DNA of 64,000 nt from a virus (IMGVR_UViG_3300023175_000030:935-64934), one strand, 5' to 3'. Counted from the stretch's first letter, positions 42,820 through 52,785 are shown. Program-made: numbers and translations. The notes: generated by a model not told the origin, from the letters alone.

Positions 42820-44537
42820 TATGTATTTTGTCCAATCCTACTAAATCCTTTTACCTTTTCAAATCTAACAACACTGTGGAACTTGTCATATAATATATCA
42901 CCCTTATGACTGATAACAAAAACATTGTTACCACCTAAAGTATTTAGCAGTTTTAAAAATTCATCTGTACCAGTTGCATCCAAAGAACTATCAAACACTT
43001 CATCAAGAATAAGAAGATTGGTGTTGACACTATTCTTCATACGAGCGATTTCTCTCCAAGTAAACAGAAGTGCAAGGTCAATACGCATTTTTTCGCCTTC
43101 AGAGAAAGAAGGATATGTAAAGTTTTCCCTTGCTCTAGACTTAATATTTTCAGAGAATTTTTCATCTAAGGTAAAATTAATATAAAAATCCATTTCTTGT
43201 AAATACTTGTTTATCAACTTATTCATAATTGGTAAATAGTATTTTACAATAGAAGTCTTTACTCCAGTATCCTTTAGAAACTGAGAGGCAACATTATAAT
43301 AATTTCTAGTATCTACTAATTCTCTTCTCTTGGAATCTAAATCCTTTGCTAGTTTTCTAAGTTCTTTCAACTCATCCTCTAAAGAAATCATATTGTCATT
43401 ATTGTTTTCTGCATCTTCGATTTCTTTTTCAATTTCATCGATACTATCTTGGATAAACGAAAAGGTATTCATGTTAGAGTTCTTCTTATTGTTTAACTCT
43501 AGTATTTCCTTTTTAATAGTCTCAATTTCTTGTATTCTTTCTTGTGTCGTATCTAACTCTTTTTGAAGATCCAATAAGGCACTCTCTATTTCTTCTTTCT
43601 TAGTATTTTTAGAAGAGATTATTTCGTGTTTATGTTCATCTTCAATATCTTGTTGACATGAAGGACAAACATCTTTACTCTCAAACCAATTAATATCACC
43701 TTCTATTTTAGAAATATTATTGTGCAGTTGAGTGTCTAACTTTTCTAATTTTTTATTCTTTGTTAATGCCTTTACTTCATCACCAATCGAAAGTGCAAGT
43801 GTGTTTAATTGACTATCATACTCTTCGTTTTCAGATAGTATTTTTTTCTGTTGAAGTCTCTTGTCTTTAATTTTCGTTTTGTTCTGTTTGATAGATGCAG
43901 ACTTATCTTCATTCAACTGTTGAATGTTTCTTTCTTGCAAATCAATTTTATAATCTTGTAATTCTCTCTCCTTTTCATTCTCAAACAATTCATCTTTCAG
44001 TGATGTAGATTTTGTTTTAAGAATTTCATTCATGGCAGAAAATATTTTGATGTCGAGAATATCTTCGATAATATCTCTTCGATCATTTGCATTCAATTGC
44101 ATGAAAGGAACAAAGGTTGCACTGCCCAAAATAACTGTTTGGGTAAAAGATTTAAAATTTAGTTTAAGAATATTTTCTTCTAGATAAATTTGACTATCTC
44201 TAATTTTAGAGTCTTGGTCTAACATCTTACCATCGATATAAACTTCAAACTTGTTTGGTTTGATCGCTCGTCTTACCAAATACTCTCGTTTACCTATCGA
44301 AAACTCAATTTCGATCACACAATCTTTTTCATTTACAGTATTGACAAGTTGTGGTTTGTTAATTTTACGGAAAGGTTTGCCAAAGAGTCCAAATGTAAGA
44401 GCATCCAGTATAGTAGATTTGCCTGCACCGTTCTCTCCAACAATTAAAGTTGATGAAGTCCTGTTTAGTTGTATCTCTGTAAAATTGTCTCCTGTCGATA
44501 AAAAGTTTTTCCATCTAATCTTTTTAAATTCAATCAT
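42819..44537 (-). CDS. gp46: recombination endonuclease ATPase subunit gp46 (Rad50/SbcC-like)
   Basis: GENGAGKST, CPSC hook, FSEGEKMRIDL, LDEVFD, ISH. Confidence 0.96.
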   Translation of the reverse strand: MIEFKKIRWKNFLSTGDNFTEIQLNRTSSTLIVGENGAGKSTILDALTFGLFGKPFRKINKPQLVNTVNEKDCVIEIEFSIGKREYLVRRAIKPNKFEVYIDGKMLDQDSKIRDSQIYLEENILKLNFKSFTQTVILGSATFVPFMQLNANDRRDIIEDILDIKIFSAMNEILKTKSTSLKDELFENEKERELQDYKIDLQERNIQQLNEDKSASIKQNKTKIKDKRLQQKKILSENEEYDSQLNTLALSIGDEVKALTKNKKLEKLDTQLHNNISKIEGDINWFESKDVCPSCQQDIEDEHKHEIISSKNTKKEEIESALLDLQKELDTTQERIQEIETIKKEILELNNKKNSNMNTFSFIQDSIDEIEKEIEDAENNNDNMISLEDELKELRKLAKDLDSKRRELVDTRNYYNVASQFLKDTGVKTSIVKYYLPIMNKLINKYLQEMDFYINFTLDEKFSENIKSRARENFTYPSFSEGEKMRIDLALLFTWREIARMKNSVNTNLLILDEVFDSSLDATGTDEFLKLLNTLGGNNVFVISHKGDILYDKFHSVVRFEKVKGFSRIGQNT

Positions 44538-45563
44538 CTACACACCTCTCAATGCAGAAACATACAAGTCTTGCATGATACCCTTTAACTTGTTTTTATC
44601 TACATCGATTTCGTAATTATCAATATAATTTGTCAATAGTGACATTGTATCTTCGGTTGCATCAATATCAGATGCCTCTTCAAAATCCCATTCAGTCGAA
44701 TCATCAACAATCGACAAATCAGCAACTTCATTTCTGTAAAGTTCATCCACAAAAACATCAAACTTATAGGAGTCTGTTCTATTTTTTACAATTAACTTAA
44801 CATATTTGTCTTTGTATTTACTTGCAGAAAGTTTCTTATCTTCGTCATAATAAACTTTATGAAACATTTTATATGGGTTTATAATGTGTTCTAGTTCTAA
44901 TGTTTCAGTGTCAAAAATATGAAAACCTCTTTTATCATTACAATCAACCCATGTAATTTCATATGGATTCCCTAAGTAATGAATGTTTCCGTTGTGAGAT
45001 TTGTGATGGAAGTGGCCAGACATCACAATATCGAAATTCTTGAATAATTTTTTATCCATGCCATCATGACACATCAATCCTGCGCCCATTTCAAATCCTG
45101 CGATTTCAAGATGTCCCATCGCAATTTTTGCTTTGGTTTTCTTTAAATGAGATATTGTGTTATCATAATTTTCTGAATTAATCCAAGGAATAAAACATAC
45201 ATCGGTTCCGTCAAAATTTAGAGTTGTAGTTTCAGTGTAAATTTTTAATTGATCACCAAATAACTGTTCCATTGAGTTAATGCGATTTGTATTCTTATAA
45301 TACACATCATGATTACCAATGATGAAATATGTGTCGTACTTCTTAAGACGCTCAATAAATCTACTTTTAAACCCATCTAAGATATTATAGTTAATAAACT
45401 TTCGTCTATCGGTTACATCACCCAAATGAATAACCGTGTCAATTTCATTTTCATCAAGATAAGGGAAAAATACATTATCATAGAATTCCAAAAAATAATT
45501 ATGAAATAGAATAGAGTCGCCTCGGGCACCAAAATGGGTGTCCGTAATCAATGCAATTTTCAT
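44538..45563 (-). CDS. gp47: recombination endonuclease nuclease subunit gp47 (Mre11/SbcD-like)
   Basis: DTHFG, HLGD, GNHD, SGHFH. Confidence 0.95.
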   Translation of the reverse strand: MKIALITDTHFGARGDSILFHNYFLEFYDNVFFPYLDENEIDTVIHLGDVTDRRKFINYNILDGFKSRFIERLKKYDTYFIIGNHDVYYKNTNRINSMEQLFGDQLKIYTETTTLNFDGTDVCFIPWINSENYDNTISHLKKTKAKIAMGHLEIAGFEMGAGLMCHDGMDKKLFKNFDIVMSGHFHHKSHNGNIHYLGNPYEITWVDCNDKRGFHIFDTETLELEHIINPYKMFHKVYYDEDKKLSASKYKDKYVKLIVKNRTDSYKFDVFVDELYRNEVADLSIVDDSTEWDFEEASDIDATEDTMSLLTNYIDNYEIDVDKNKLKGIMQDLYVSALRGV

Positions 45564-45569
45564 TATAAA

Positions 45570-46124
45570 TTATACTTCCTTATTCTGCATTCTTTTCTCT
45601 TTTGCCTTCTCTTTCTTTTTTCTTTGAGTTTCTTCAAATTCGGCAAGAAATTCATCCATGTTACTGTGTATAAAATCTAAGACACCTCTTTTTACCTGAC
45701 TATTATCTGGGCCAGCCATTACTTCATCAAGAAGTTCTTGATTTTCTAGAGACTTATACTTAACATAAGATTGTTTCTTTTCCTTTTGAATTCTTCGAAT
45801 AAACGCATAGTAAATGATCTGAGTAAAATACGCAAAAGGGTTCGATGATTTTTCTGGGTCAAAATTGTCAATGTACAACAAACAATTTTCTATCCCATCA
45901 GATATCATTTCATCTTTATATGTGTAGTTAATAAAGTTTGGTTTATAGGAAAGATGTTGGGCAATTTTCATAATGCACTCACCTATGTAGTTAGGCACTC
46001 TAGGGCGTTCTGTCCCATCTTCCTTTGACTGGTTGACTGCATCCTTATACTTCCTCATTTCTTGGAGTAGGAGTTTGTTGTCAACATAATGATTTCTCTT
46101 GGTTTTGTCTTTAGTTCTTGGCAT
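45570..46124 (-). CDS. gp55: late sigma factor gp55
   Basis: HYVDNK, YIGEC..KIA..LS..PNF.NY...EMI.DG, NPFAYFTQI...AF.RRI.KEK; start moved to MPRTKDK. Confidence 0.93.
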   Translation of the reverse strand: MPRTKDKTKRNHYVDNKLLLQEMRKYKDAVNQSKEDGTERPRVPNYIGECIMKIAQHLSYKPNFINYTYKDEMISDGIENCLLYIDNFDPEKSSNPFAYFTQIIYYAFIRRIQKEKKQSYVKYKSLENQELLDEVMAGPDNSQVKRGVLDFIHSNMDEFLAEFEETQRKKKEKAKEKRMQNKEV

Positions 46125-46152
46125 AATATTTTTTCCTAATAAAGTTATGTTC

Positions 46153-46181
46153 ATATTAACACAAAATAATTGGAGTGTCAA
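46153..46181 (-). promoter_or_regulatory. sigma70-like promoter TTGACA-N17-TAATAT for gp55 operon
   Basis: Consensus elements. Confidence 0.75.
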
Positions 46182-46205
46182 TTAATTTTTTTTTTATTTT
46201 TTCTC

Positions 46206-46234
46206 TTGACAAGTTCTTGACAACCGTGTATTAT
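46206..46234 (+). promoter_or_regulatory. divergent plus-strand sigma70-like promoter TTGACA-N17-TATTAT (antisense orientation)
   Basis: Near-consensus, back-to-back with the gp55 promoter across a T-tract. Confidence 0.55.
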
Positions 46235-46258
46235 CCACTATGTGGATGGTTAAGGATA

Positions 46259-46678
46259 TTAATGTATTGTCTTATTAGAATGCTTCACTAACATCTCTAA
46301 GAAGTCATCTTGAGAGTATTCTTCCGTTTCATCCAAACTTACACTGTTCTCTACAGGAGAGGTATCGACTTCTTTCTCCATCTGAGTTTGAAATTTTTTA
46401 TTGTTTAGAATCATTTGATAATGGTCAACTAAATCTTTACTTGGTTCATTAACGGTAATTATATCATTAAGTGCGACTTTTGTAAAGTTGTCTGTTGAAA
46501 AATTTAACCAATCAATGAGCGTAGTGCTAAACTCACCGTTCTGAGGGTTCATGAACGATTTAATTTCATATGGATTATGAAAAATTATATAACCCTTCCC
46601 TTCTATTTCTTCGGGAGTGATTTGAGTGATTATATTTTCTTTTGTTATGAGTTTAATTAATTTATACTCAACATTCAT
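46259..46678 (-). CDS. conserved hypothetical protein between uvsW and gp55
   Basis: YKLIKLITKENII N-terminus; syntenic position. Confidence 0.75.
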   Translation of the reverse strand: MNVEYKLIKLITKENIITQITPEEIEGKGYIIFHNPYEIKSFMNPQNGEFSTTLIDWLNFSTDNFTKVALNDIITVNEPSKDLVDHYQMILNNKKFQTQMEKEVDTSPVENSVSLDETEEYSQDDFLEMLVKHSNKTIH

Positions 46679-46701
46679 TTCGGAAATAATCCTTTTCTAA
46701 A

Positions 46702-48192
46702 CTACTCAGAAATCTTAACTTCATGAATTTTGAAGTCAAATTTCTCTTCGTTGTAAATATTTAGTCTTTCATAAAAGTGCCTCAGTGCAAAATTCATATG
46801 TGATTTGTACTTCATATCATCAGCGATATCATACAACACGGCACTTTCTTTGTTGTTTCCCTTCCTCAGTCCTCTTCCTATTGATTGAAGATTTCGTACT
46901 CGACTCTTTGAAGGAGATGTAAAAATTACATTATGTAAATTACGAATATTGACACCAGTAGAAAATGTGCCGTAAGAAGCAACGATAATTGCGTTTTTCT
47001 CTTTTTCCGTAATTCTTCGTATTTCTTCTCTAATTTCTGCGTCAACTCCTCCATGCACAAAAAAGACTCTTCTGTTTTCATCTGCACCATCCTTTAACAA
47101 ATTATGTAGTGGGATTCCATGTTTTTCCACAAAATTAAATAAGACAAGTGTGTTGCCCTTTAAATCAAGAACCAGATTCTTGATGAATTCATTTCTGCGA
47201 TTATTTGTGACAATCCACTCTACTTCATCTGCGTATTTGGTTCCTTTCATTTCCTTGCATATCTTCTCTGGATATTTTAATACTATACACTTGATACTGA
47301 AGTCTGCAAGGGTTTTGCTATCGATTAGTTTTCTTGTAGTGGTAACTTGTTTTACATCACCAAACAATCCAGTCAGAACTAATTTATGAGTTTTACTTCC
47401 ATCCAAAGTTCCAGTAGTTCCAAATCTATATTTACAACTAGTAAGTCTGTCCATAATCTTATTTAATGAGTTCGCTTTGAATAAGTGACACTCATCACCT
47501 ATTACAACATTAAACTGATCCCAATAATCTCTAGGCATTTTATAAATGGACTGCCATGTAGATATTACAACTTTTTTGTCGGTTTCTTTACTTTGTCCTT
47601 GGAATATTTTATGGCAATATTTTTCTACATTCCAACCATAATCTGCAAAGTCAGAATACATCTGGGAAACCAGAGATGTTGTTGGTACAATTATCAATAT
47701 CTTCTTTCCCTTTACATTAGGATGCATATTATAAAATCTTACCAATGTGTATATAATTAAAGATTTACCTGATGCAGTAGGAGAAAGTAGTAGCGCTCGG
47801 TTGTAGTTGATTGCATGTTTGATAGCATCAAGTTGATAATCTCTATAATCAATCTTCTTCCCCTGACTATGTGGATCGATGTATTTACACAACTCTTGTA
47901 AATTATTATCTGTAAAATTTGTGTCTGTTAAATCATCTTCAAAGGAGAGTTCATAACCATTTTTATCACAGAAAAATTTTAATTGATTTAGTAGTCCAAC
48001 ATACAACTTACAATTGGTTGGATTGAACAATCGTATTTTACCATCCCAATACTTATTTTTATATGCAGGCATAAATTCGGCGCCAGGGACTTTAAATGTG
48101 AAGTAGTCCACAAGTTCCTTTAACATATGAAGTTCGTCTGCGTCTACTTGCAAGTAAACCTCATTTAATTTAGCAGCATAAAATTTAGACAT
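46702..48192 (-). CDS. uvsW: DNA helicase UvsW
   Basis: WDGKIRLF, SPTASGKS, GDECH, LQSIGRGLR. Confidence 0.95.
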   Translation of the reverse strand: MSKFYAAKLNEVYLQVDADELHMLKELVDYFTFKVPGAEFMPAYKNKYWDGKIRLFNPTNCKLYVGLLNQLKFFCDKNGYELSFEDDLTDTNFTDNNLQELCKYIDPHSQGKKIDYRDYQLDAIKHAINYNRALLLSPTASGKSLIIYTLVRFYNMHPNVKGKKILIIVPTTSLVSQMYSDFADYGWNVEKYCHKIFQGQSKETDKKVVISTWQSIYKMPRDYWDQFNVVIGDECHLFKANSLNKIMDRLTSCKYRFGTTGTLDGSKTHKLVLTGLFGDVKQVTTTRKLIDSKTLADFSIKCIVLKYPEKICKEMKGTKYADEVEWIVTNNRRNEFIKNLVLDLKGNTLVLFNFVEKHGIPLHNLLKDGADENRRVFFVHGGVDAEIREEIRRITEKEKNAIIVASYGTFSTGVNIRNLHNVIFTSPSKSRVRNLQSIGRGLRKGNNKESAVLYDIADDMKYKSHMNFALRHFYERLNIYNEEKFDFKIHEVKISE

Positions 48193-48653
48193 TAATTACC
48201 TTCTAACCACTTTTTCCAGTCTATGTAATTTTTTATAGTCCATTTCTTTTGGTCTATTAATATGTCTAGCGTCTTACTAATTAAATCTAAAATTTGATTT
48301 TGAAGTAAAACATTTTTCTTTAACTTTAAAACATCTGGATCACTATCCATCCAAGAACCAACATCAGATTTAAGAATTTTCGTTCCTTCTATCTGCCATC
48401 CTTTGGATATGATTTCATCTTCAGACATCTTGCCTGTATAGTATTTCATTTTATCTCCGACTAATTTTTTATAGTCGAGTTCAATAAACTGGAGTTTTGT
48501 CTGATTTACTTGTTGGTAGGTCATCCACTTACCAATTAGATTCTGATTGTGAACTAGTTCGTCTTCTAGTCTCAGAAAATCAATCTTAACATCCTTTTCG
48601 GACTCTTTGGTAAGTTCTGCTATTTTTGATAATAAGTTAGAGTATTCACTCAT
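48192..48653 (-). CDS. uvsY: recombination mediator UvsY
   Basis: YYTGK, W.IKN.IDW.K; synteny between gp3 and uvsW. Confidence 0.85.
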   Translation of the reverse strand: MSEYSNLLSKIAELTKESEKDVKIDFLRLEDELVHNQNLIGKWMTYQQVNQTKLQFIELDYKKLVGDKMKYYTGKMSEDEIISKGWQIEGTKILKSDVGSWMDSDPDVLKLKKNVLLQNQILDLISKTLDILIDQKKWTIKNYIDWKKWLEGN

Positions 48654-48679
48654 AATAAAAAATCCATTCAATTAATAAT

Positions 48680-48687
48680 TATTTATA
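48680..48687 (-). promoter_or_regulatory. T4 late promoter TATAAATA
   Basis: Exact consensus upstream of uvsY. Confidence 0.65.
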
Positions 48688-49195
48688 ATCGTTCCACCAC
48701 ATAGTTTCTGTATTGAAAATCTGCCTGTGCGACTGGTGGGGCCGACTCTGTTGCAGATGTTGTTAATGGGATATCTCCAATAGAGATTGGAAATGCATCT
48801 TTAAATGTGACTCTTATAATTGGTTGCTCTTGATTATTATTTACAAGAATTGTAAGGTCATCAAATACAGACTTTAAGTTAATTCTTTTTGCGTTTTGAA
48901 AGCTTCCATATTGTTGAAAATTTTCTGGAAATCCAAGAGCGGTAATCCAGTCATAAACTTCCAACCAGTTTTTCATATCTTCATCTACTGTAAATGAAAC
49001 ACCCAAAGGAGAATATACTAACTTATCTCCTGGCTCTTTTCTTGCAACGAAAGGAGTTTCTGCAATTGCTTCTCCTAACTGTATGCCAGGCAAAGTTAAT
49101 TCTTGTACATATGGGCCTAATGATGGACATATATTACTATTAAATGTAAAGTTTTGTGTATTTAAAAAATTTACAGAATTTGATACAAGATCCAT
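48683..49195 (-). CDS. gp3: tail completion/sheath stabiliser gp3
   Basis: LPGI.LG, PGDKL.Y..L...F.VDE...NW.E.Y.W, F.DAFP; synteny. Confidence 0.85.
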   Translation of the reverse strand: MDLVSNSVNFLNTQNFTFNSNICPSLGPYVQELTLPGIQLGEAIAETPFVARKEPGDKLVYSPLGVSFTVDEDMKNWLEVYDWITALGFPENFQQYGSFQNAKRINLKSVFDDLTILVNNNQEQPIIRVTFKDAFPISIGDIPLTTSATESAPPVAQADFQYRNYVVERL

Positions 49196-49226
49196 TGTAA
49201 TCTCCTTTTCACCTAATATTTATGCC

Positions 49227-49253
49227 AAAAAAAGGGGGAGTAAAACTCCCCCT
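49227..49253 (-). terminator. intrinsic terminator after gp23
   Basis: Minus strand AGGGGGAG-tttta-CTCCCCCT followed by a T-run. Confidence 0.85.
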
Positions 49254-49280
49254 AAGTACTATCAATCTATTTTATAGTTA

Positions 49281-50660
49281 TTATACAGAATTGATATTGT
49301 CTACACGGAAGATTCTGTAGTAGGTATTTGCACGAGCTGTAAGAGCACCGCTACCAACTGTTGTACCTTCTGCATATGGGTTAGCAACCAATCCATAACG
49401 AGTCTTGAACCCGATTTTTGGTTGGAAACTGTTCTCACCAACCGCACGAACCATCTGAAGTGGAACATATGGGCAATAGAAGAATCCAGCGTCATATGGA
49501 GATGTACCTCTGAATCCAACCATTACGAAGTCGGTGTTGTTTGCAGACGAGAAGTATGGGTCAATGTATACTTTGAAACGTCCGTTAAGTGTTCCAGCAA
49601 ATGTCGAACCAGTGTCATCAACATTCAAACCTGTTGACATTTGTGGGTTGTAGTCAAGAAGACCTGCCATTGCAAGTGCGGAAGCAACGTCTGAAGAACA
49701 AACGATTACGTTACCCTTACCACGGCGAGTTTCTTTAGCAATTGTGTTTGCTTCTCTCTCAATGTGGAACATAAGTCCTTTGAACTTCTCAACAGACCAA
49801 CGTCCGTCAGCGTCTGTTGCAAGGTCATAAACACCTGTGTTAGTTACTTGAGACTGAGCACCAAGTTTTGCGATACCGTACATTGTACGAAGAACTTCAC
49901 GGTTAATTTCTGCAGTGATTTCTGTAGAAAGAATTGTTGAAAGTTCTGCTTCTGCATCAAGTCCATGAACTGCTTTCAAGTCTTGTGAAAGTTCAGTTGT
50001 GTACTCAGCTTTCAATGCTCTTGTTTTCGCAGTTACTGATACTCTCTCAATTGAGAATGCCATTTGGTTGAAGTGACCGTCTGCAGTCATTGTAGAACCG
50101 TTACCTAACAATTCACCCTGTGCAGTTGCACCAGCGACACCAGTTGTTACTGTTGAACCAGTTTCATCCAATGCACCAGTAGCAATAACAGCACCAGCAA
50201 ATGGATCTGTACCTGAGTGATTTGGTCCTGCAACATCACCAGAAAACTCTGTGTTAGCTTCATCGAATGATGCTTCTGTACCAGTCTGAGAAGAATAACG
50301 TGAACGCATCGCAAAGATAAGTCCAGTTGGTCCTGTCATTGGTTGTACACCACAAAGGTCATATGCCATTAGGTTTGGTGCAGTTCTACGAAGCATCGAA
50401 ATGATGACTGGGTCTGCATACTGGATATTACCAGAAGCAGCACCTGTAGGTGCAACACTTGTTGGTGTTTCGTTAAGTTGATCCAAAGAAGAACGTCCTA
50501 AGGCGTTTTCCTTGATTGTGGCTTGTTCTGTATTCTCAAGAAGAATAGCAGTTACTGCCTTTCTGTATGGGTCTGTAATCTCGGCATGTTCACCATGGTC
50601 AAGAACAGGTGCCCACTTTTCTTTTAACTGTTGAACAAAGTTCTCGTTATAGTCGTGCAT
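49281..50660 (-). CDS. gp23: major capsid protein gp23
   Basis: EKWAPVL, GVQPMTGPTGLIFAMR, TRALKAEYT.EL.QDL.AVHG.DAE, YCPYVPL, FQPKIGFKTRYG; propeptide ends ..QLNE/T. Confidence 0.97.
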   Translation of the reverse strand: MHDYNENFVQQLKEKWAPVLDHGEHAEITDPYRKAVTAILLENTEQATIKENALGRSSLDQLNETPTSVAPTGAASGNIQYADPVIISMLRRTAPNLMAYDLCGVQPMTGPTGLIFAMRSRYSSQTGTEASFDEANTEFSGDVAGPNHSGTDPFAGAVIATGALDETGSTVTTGVAGATAQGELLGNGSTMTADGHFNQMAFSIERVSVTAKTRALKAEYTTELSQDLKAVHGLDAEAELSTILSTEITAEINREVLRTMYGIAKLGAQSQVTNTGVYDLATDADGRWSVEKFKGLMFHIEREANTIAKETRRGKGNVIVCSSDVASALAMAGLLDYNPQMSTGLNVDDTGSTFAGTLNGRFKVYIDPYFSSANNTDFVMVGFRGTSPYDAGFFYCPYVPLQMVRAVGENSFQPKIGFKTRYGLVANPYAEGTTVGSGALTARANTYYRIFRVDNINSV

Positions 50661-50699
50661 TTTTTTCTCCTTAAATAGATAATGTTTGTTCTATAATAT

Positions 50700-50707
50700 T
50701 ATTTATA
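50700..50707 (-). promoter_or_regulatory. T4 late promoter TATAAATA for gp23
   Basis: Exact consensus. Confidence 0.8.
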
Positions 50708-50712
50708 AAATT

Positions 50713-51843
50713 TTAATCTTTAGGTTTATTTAGTGCTCTCGCATAAATATCCATAACCGATTGAAATTTATTTTCCTCTTTAACCACTGGCGAATCCTCT
50801 ACAGAAGTTTCTAATGCACTCTCAGCGAGAATACTTTCGCTTTCCACACTTGTTTCAGATGGAAAATAATTATCTCTGATCAATGTAATCTTATTTCTCA
50901 TATCATCGGCGTTCACGAAATCAACACTTTCAGAAAGTGTTCTTACTTTTTCAACCTGTGAAACTGTAAGACCTTCTGTTACATCCTTTAGAATGATCTC
51001 GGTCTCTAGAGATTCAATTTTCTTTGTCAATTCGATATTTTTTTGAACTGACTCATCTAATTTTGTCTCTTTTTCCTCAAGAGAAGATAACGCATCCCCA
51101 TAAAGGTCAATTTTATCTTCTGGCACATCAACATAATTTTCCTCAAACAGAGTTTTGAGTCCTGACATGAAGTTTTCCATAACTTCTAATTTCAGTTTGT
51201 TTTCAACGGCGAGTTTATTTTCTTCAACCCACTCTTTAGCGACATAAGTAAGATACTCATTCACTTTTTCTGAAATATCTTCACGGATATGAGAAACTTC
51301 CTCATGAAGTTCTTTTTCATAATCTTCATACATTTTTTCCAACTGTTCGTTTACTTTAGCAACTACAGCTGCTTCGAAAATGGTTTTAACTTGTGACTGG
51401 AACTCTTCAGTAAGTTCTTGTCCAGCAAGCATTGCATCGACATCTTCTTTTACATCGATATCTTCTTTGGCGACTTTGTAAGATGCATTCATTTTTTTCT
51501 TAGGAGATTCTTTGACTTCTTCTTCGTCTTCATCATCCTCTTCATCATCTGCCATTTCTTTCTTAGATGATTTAGACTCTGCGACTTCATCTTCGTCTTC
51601 TTCTTCTTCATCATCTGCCATTTCTTTCTTAGAAGATTTAGACTCTTTCTTTACTGATTCCTCAGCTTCGTCCTCTTCTTCTTCGTCTTCATGGGCATCC
51701 TCTTTTTTAGAAGCTTTTGCCTCAGTGACATTTTCTTGATCTTCTTGAAGGTCGTCAATTAGTTCTTCAACCTGAGAATCAATCTCTTCGGCTTCAGAAG
51801 CAACAACTTCTTCAATCATATCTTCGTTTTTTAAATCTTCCAT
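50713..51843 (-). CDS. gp22: prohead core scaffold gp22
   Basis: Acidic coiled coil, F..K.KTIFEAAV, YL.YV..EW..EN; synteny. Confidence 0.9.
   Translation of the reverse strand: MEDLKNEDMIEEVVASEAEEIDSQVEELIDDLQEDQENVTEAKASKKEDAHEDEEEEDEAEESVKKESKSSKKEMADDEEEEDEDEVAESKSSKKEMADDEEDDEDEEEVKESPKKKMNASYKVAKEDIDVKEDVDAMLAGQELTEEFQSQVKTIFEAAVVAKVNEQLEKMYEDYEKELHEEVSHIREDISEKVNEYLTYVAKEWVEENKLAVENKLKLEVMENFMSGLKTLFEENYVDVPEDKIDLYGDALSSLEEKETKLDESVQKNIELTKKIESLETEIILKDVTEGLTVSQVEKVRTLSESVDFVNADDMRNKITLIRDNYFPSETSVESESILAESALETSVEDSPVVKEENKFQSVMDIYARALNKPKD
51525..51650 (-). repeat. 66-bp tandem duplication in gp22 (ESKSSKKEMADDEE.. x2)
   Basis: TTCATCATCTGCCATTTCTTTCTTAGA.GATTTAGACTCT at about 51541 and 51607. 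Confidence 0.85.
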
Positions 51844-51874
51844 TTTGTTTCTCCTTAGAGTTTTAATTTATATT

Positions 51875-51882
51875 TATTTATA
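51875..51882 (-). promoter_or_regulatory. T4 late promoter TATAAATA for gp22
   Basis: Exact consensus. Confidence 0.75.
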
Positions 51883-51886
51883 ATAT

Positions 51887-52522
51887 TTAAAGTTTTGACA
51901 CAAAATCTTTGAAAACTCTCAGTTTTGTTTCTTCTAATTGTTGCCTTTTGGCCTTTTTGAGAGAGTCTTGGTATTCTGCAATTTGAGCTTCTCTAATAAT
52001 ACCGTTGTCCCAAACCCACTCTCTACCTTCCATAATACCCTCTACAAATGCATTGGGCGCAGAAGGGTCTGCAACGATGTCTGCGGCGGTTGCAAGATAA
52101 AAATCATCTTGAACAACATTTGCACCACCAGACTGTTTTACACTACCCATACCTCTAGAAGAAACACCTAAAGATGCACCTTCTTTAATAAGGTTATTAA
52201 CGATAGCACCATAAGGAGTGTCTGTCATAATTTTTGCTTTGCCAACAAAATTATCACCATCTCTCTTAAGCTCTTTAATCATATGGGAAACTCTTTCCAG
52301 ATTGATAGTCGGGCCTTCTGGGTGTCCAAGTTCTCCAAATGCTCTATTTTTTTGAATGTAGTTTTCGTTATATCTCTCAACTTCTCTTTCGAGAACTTCT
52401 GTGGGATACACTCTACCATTTCTATTTTTGACATTTGATTGTAAGAAAATACCTTCAATAAAAAGGTCTTTTCCTTTGGATTCTACCAGAATGTCTTCAA
52501 CTACTTCTGTAATTAGTTTCAT
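51887..52522 (-). CDS. gp21: prohead protease gp21
   Basis: IEGIFLQ...NRNGR.Y, GELGHP, GVSSRG.GS, DIVADPSAP.A. Confidence 0.95.
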   Translation of the reverse strand: MKLITEVVEDILVESKGKDLFIEGIFLQSNVKNRNGRVYPTEVLEREVERYNENYIQKNRAFGELGHPEGPTINLERVSHMIKELKRDGDNFVGKAKIMTDTPYGAIVNNLIKEGASLGVSSRGMGSVKQSGGANVVQDDFYLATAADIVADPSAPNAFVEGIMEGREWVWDNGIIREAQIAEYQDSLKKAKRQQLEETKLRVFKDFVSKL

Positions 52523-52785
52523 AGTCCTGTCCTTCTTTGAAGTGATCTTCTTCTACGGAGATTTGCAACATTAACCTTGCCTTTTCTTTTTCTTGCGGAA
52601 CGAGTGTTTCTAATACTCATTTTTCGCATATCGCCTGGATTAATCTTGATCTCTCTCTTGTTAATTACTTTATAACCGGCCTTATCAGACACATATTTAA
52701 TTTTTCTCTTACCTTTTCTAATGACTATTTTTCTTTTAACAGCTTCATCTAAGTCATCTTCCAAGAATTCTAAAAAAGAATGCAT
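52519..52785 (-). CDS. gp68: prohead core protein (gp68-like)
   Basis: Position between gp67-like and gp21; basic; leader MHSFLEFLE..LDE. Confidence 0.6.
   Translation of the reverse strand: MHSFLEFLEDDLDEAVKRKIVIRKGKRKIKYVSDKAGYKVINKREIKINPGDMRKMSIRNTRSARKRKGKVNVANLRRRRSLQRRTGL

Noticed and set aside
51525-51650. Direct repeats as a possible CRISPR array
   Set aside because: Only two in-frame coding copies inside gp22, with no unique spacers; same for the repeats at 18010-18445
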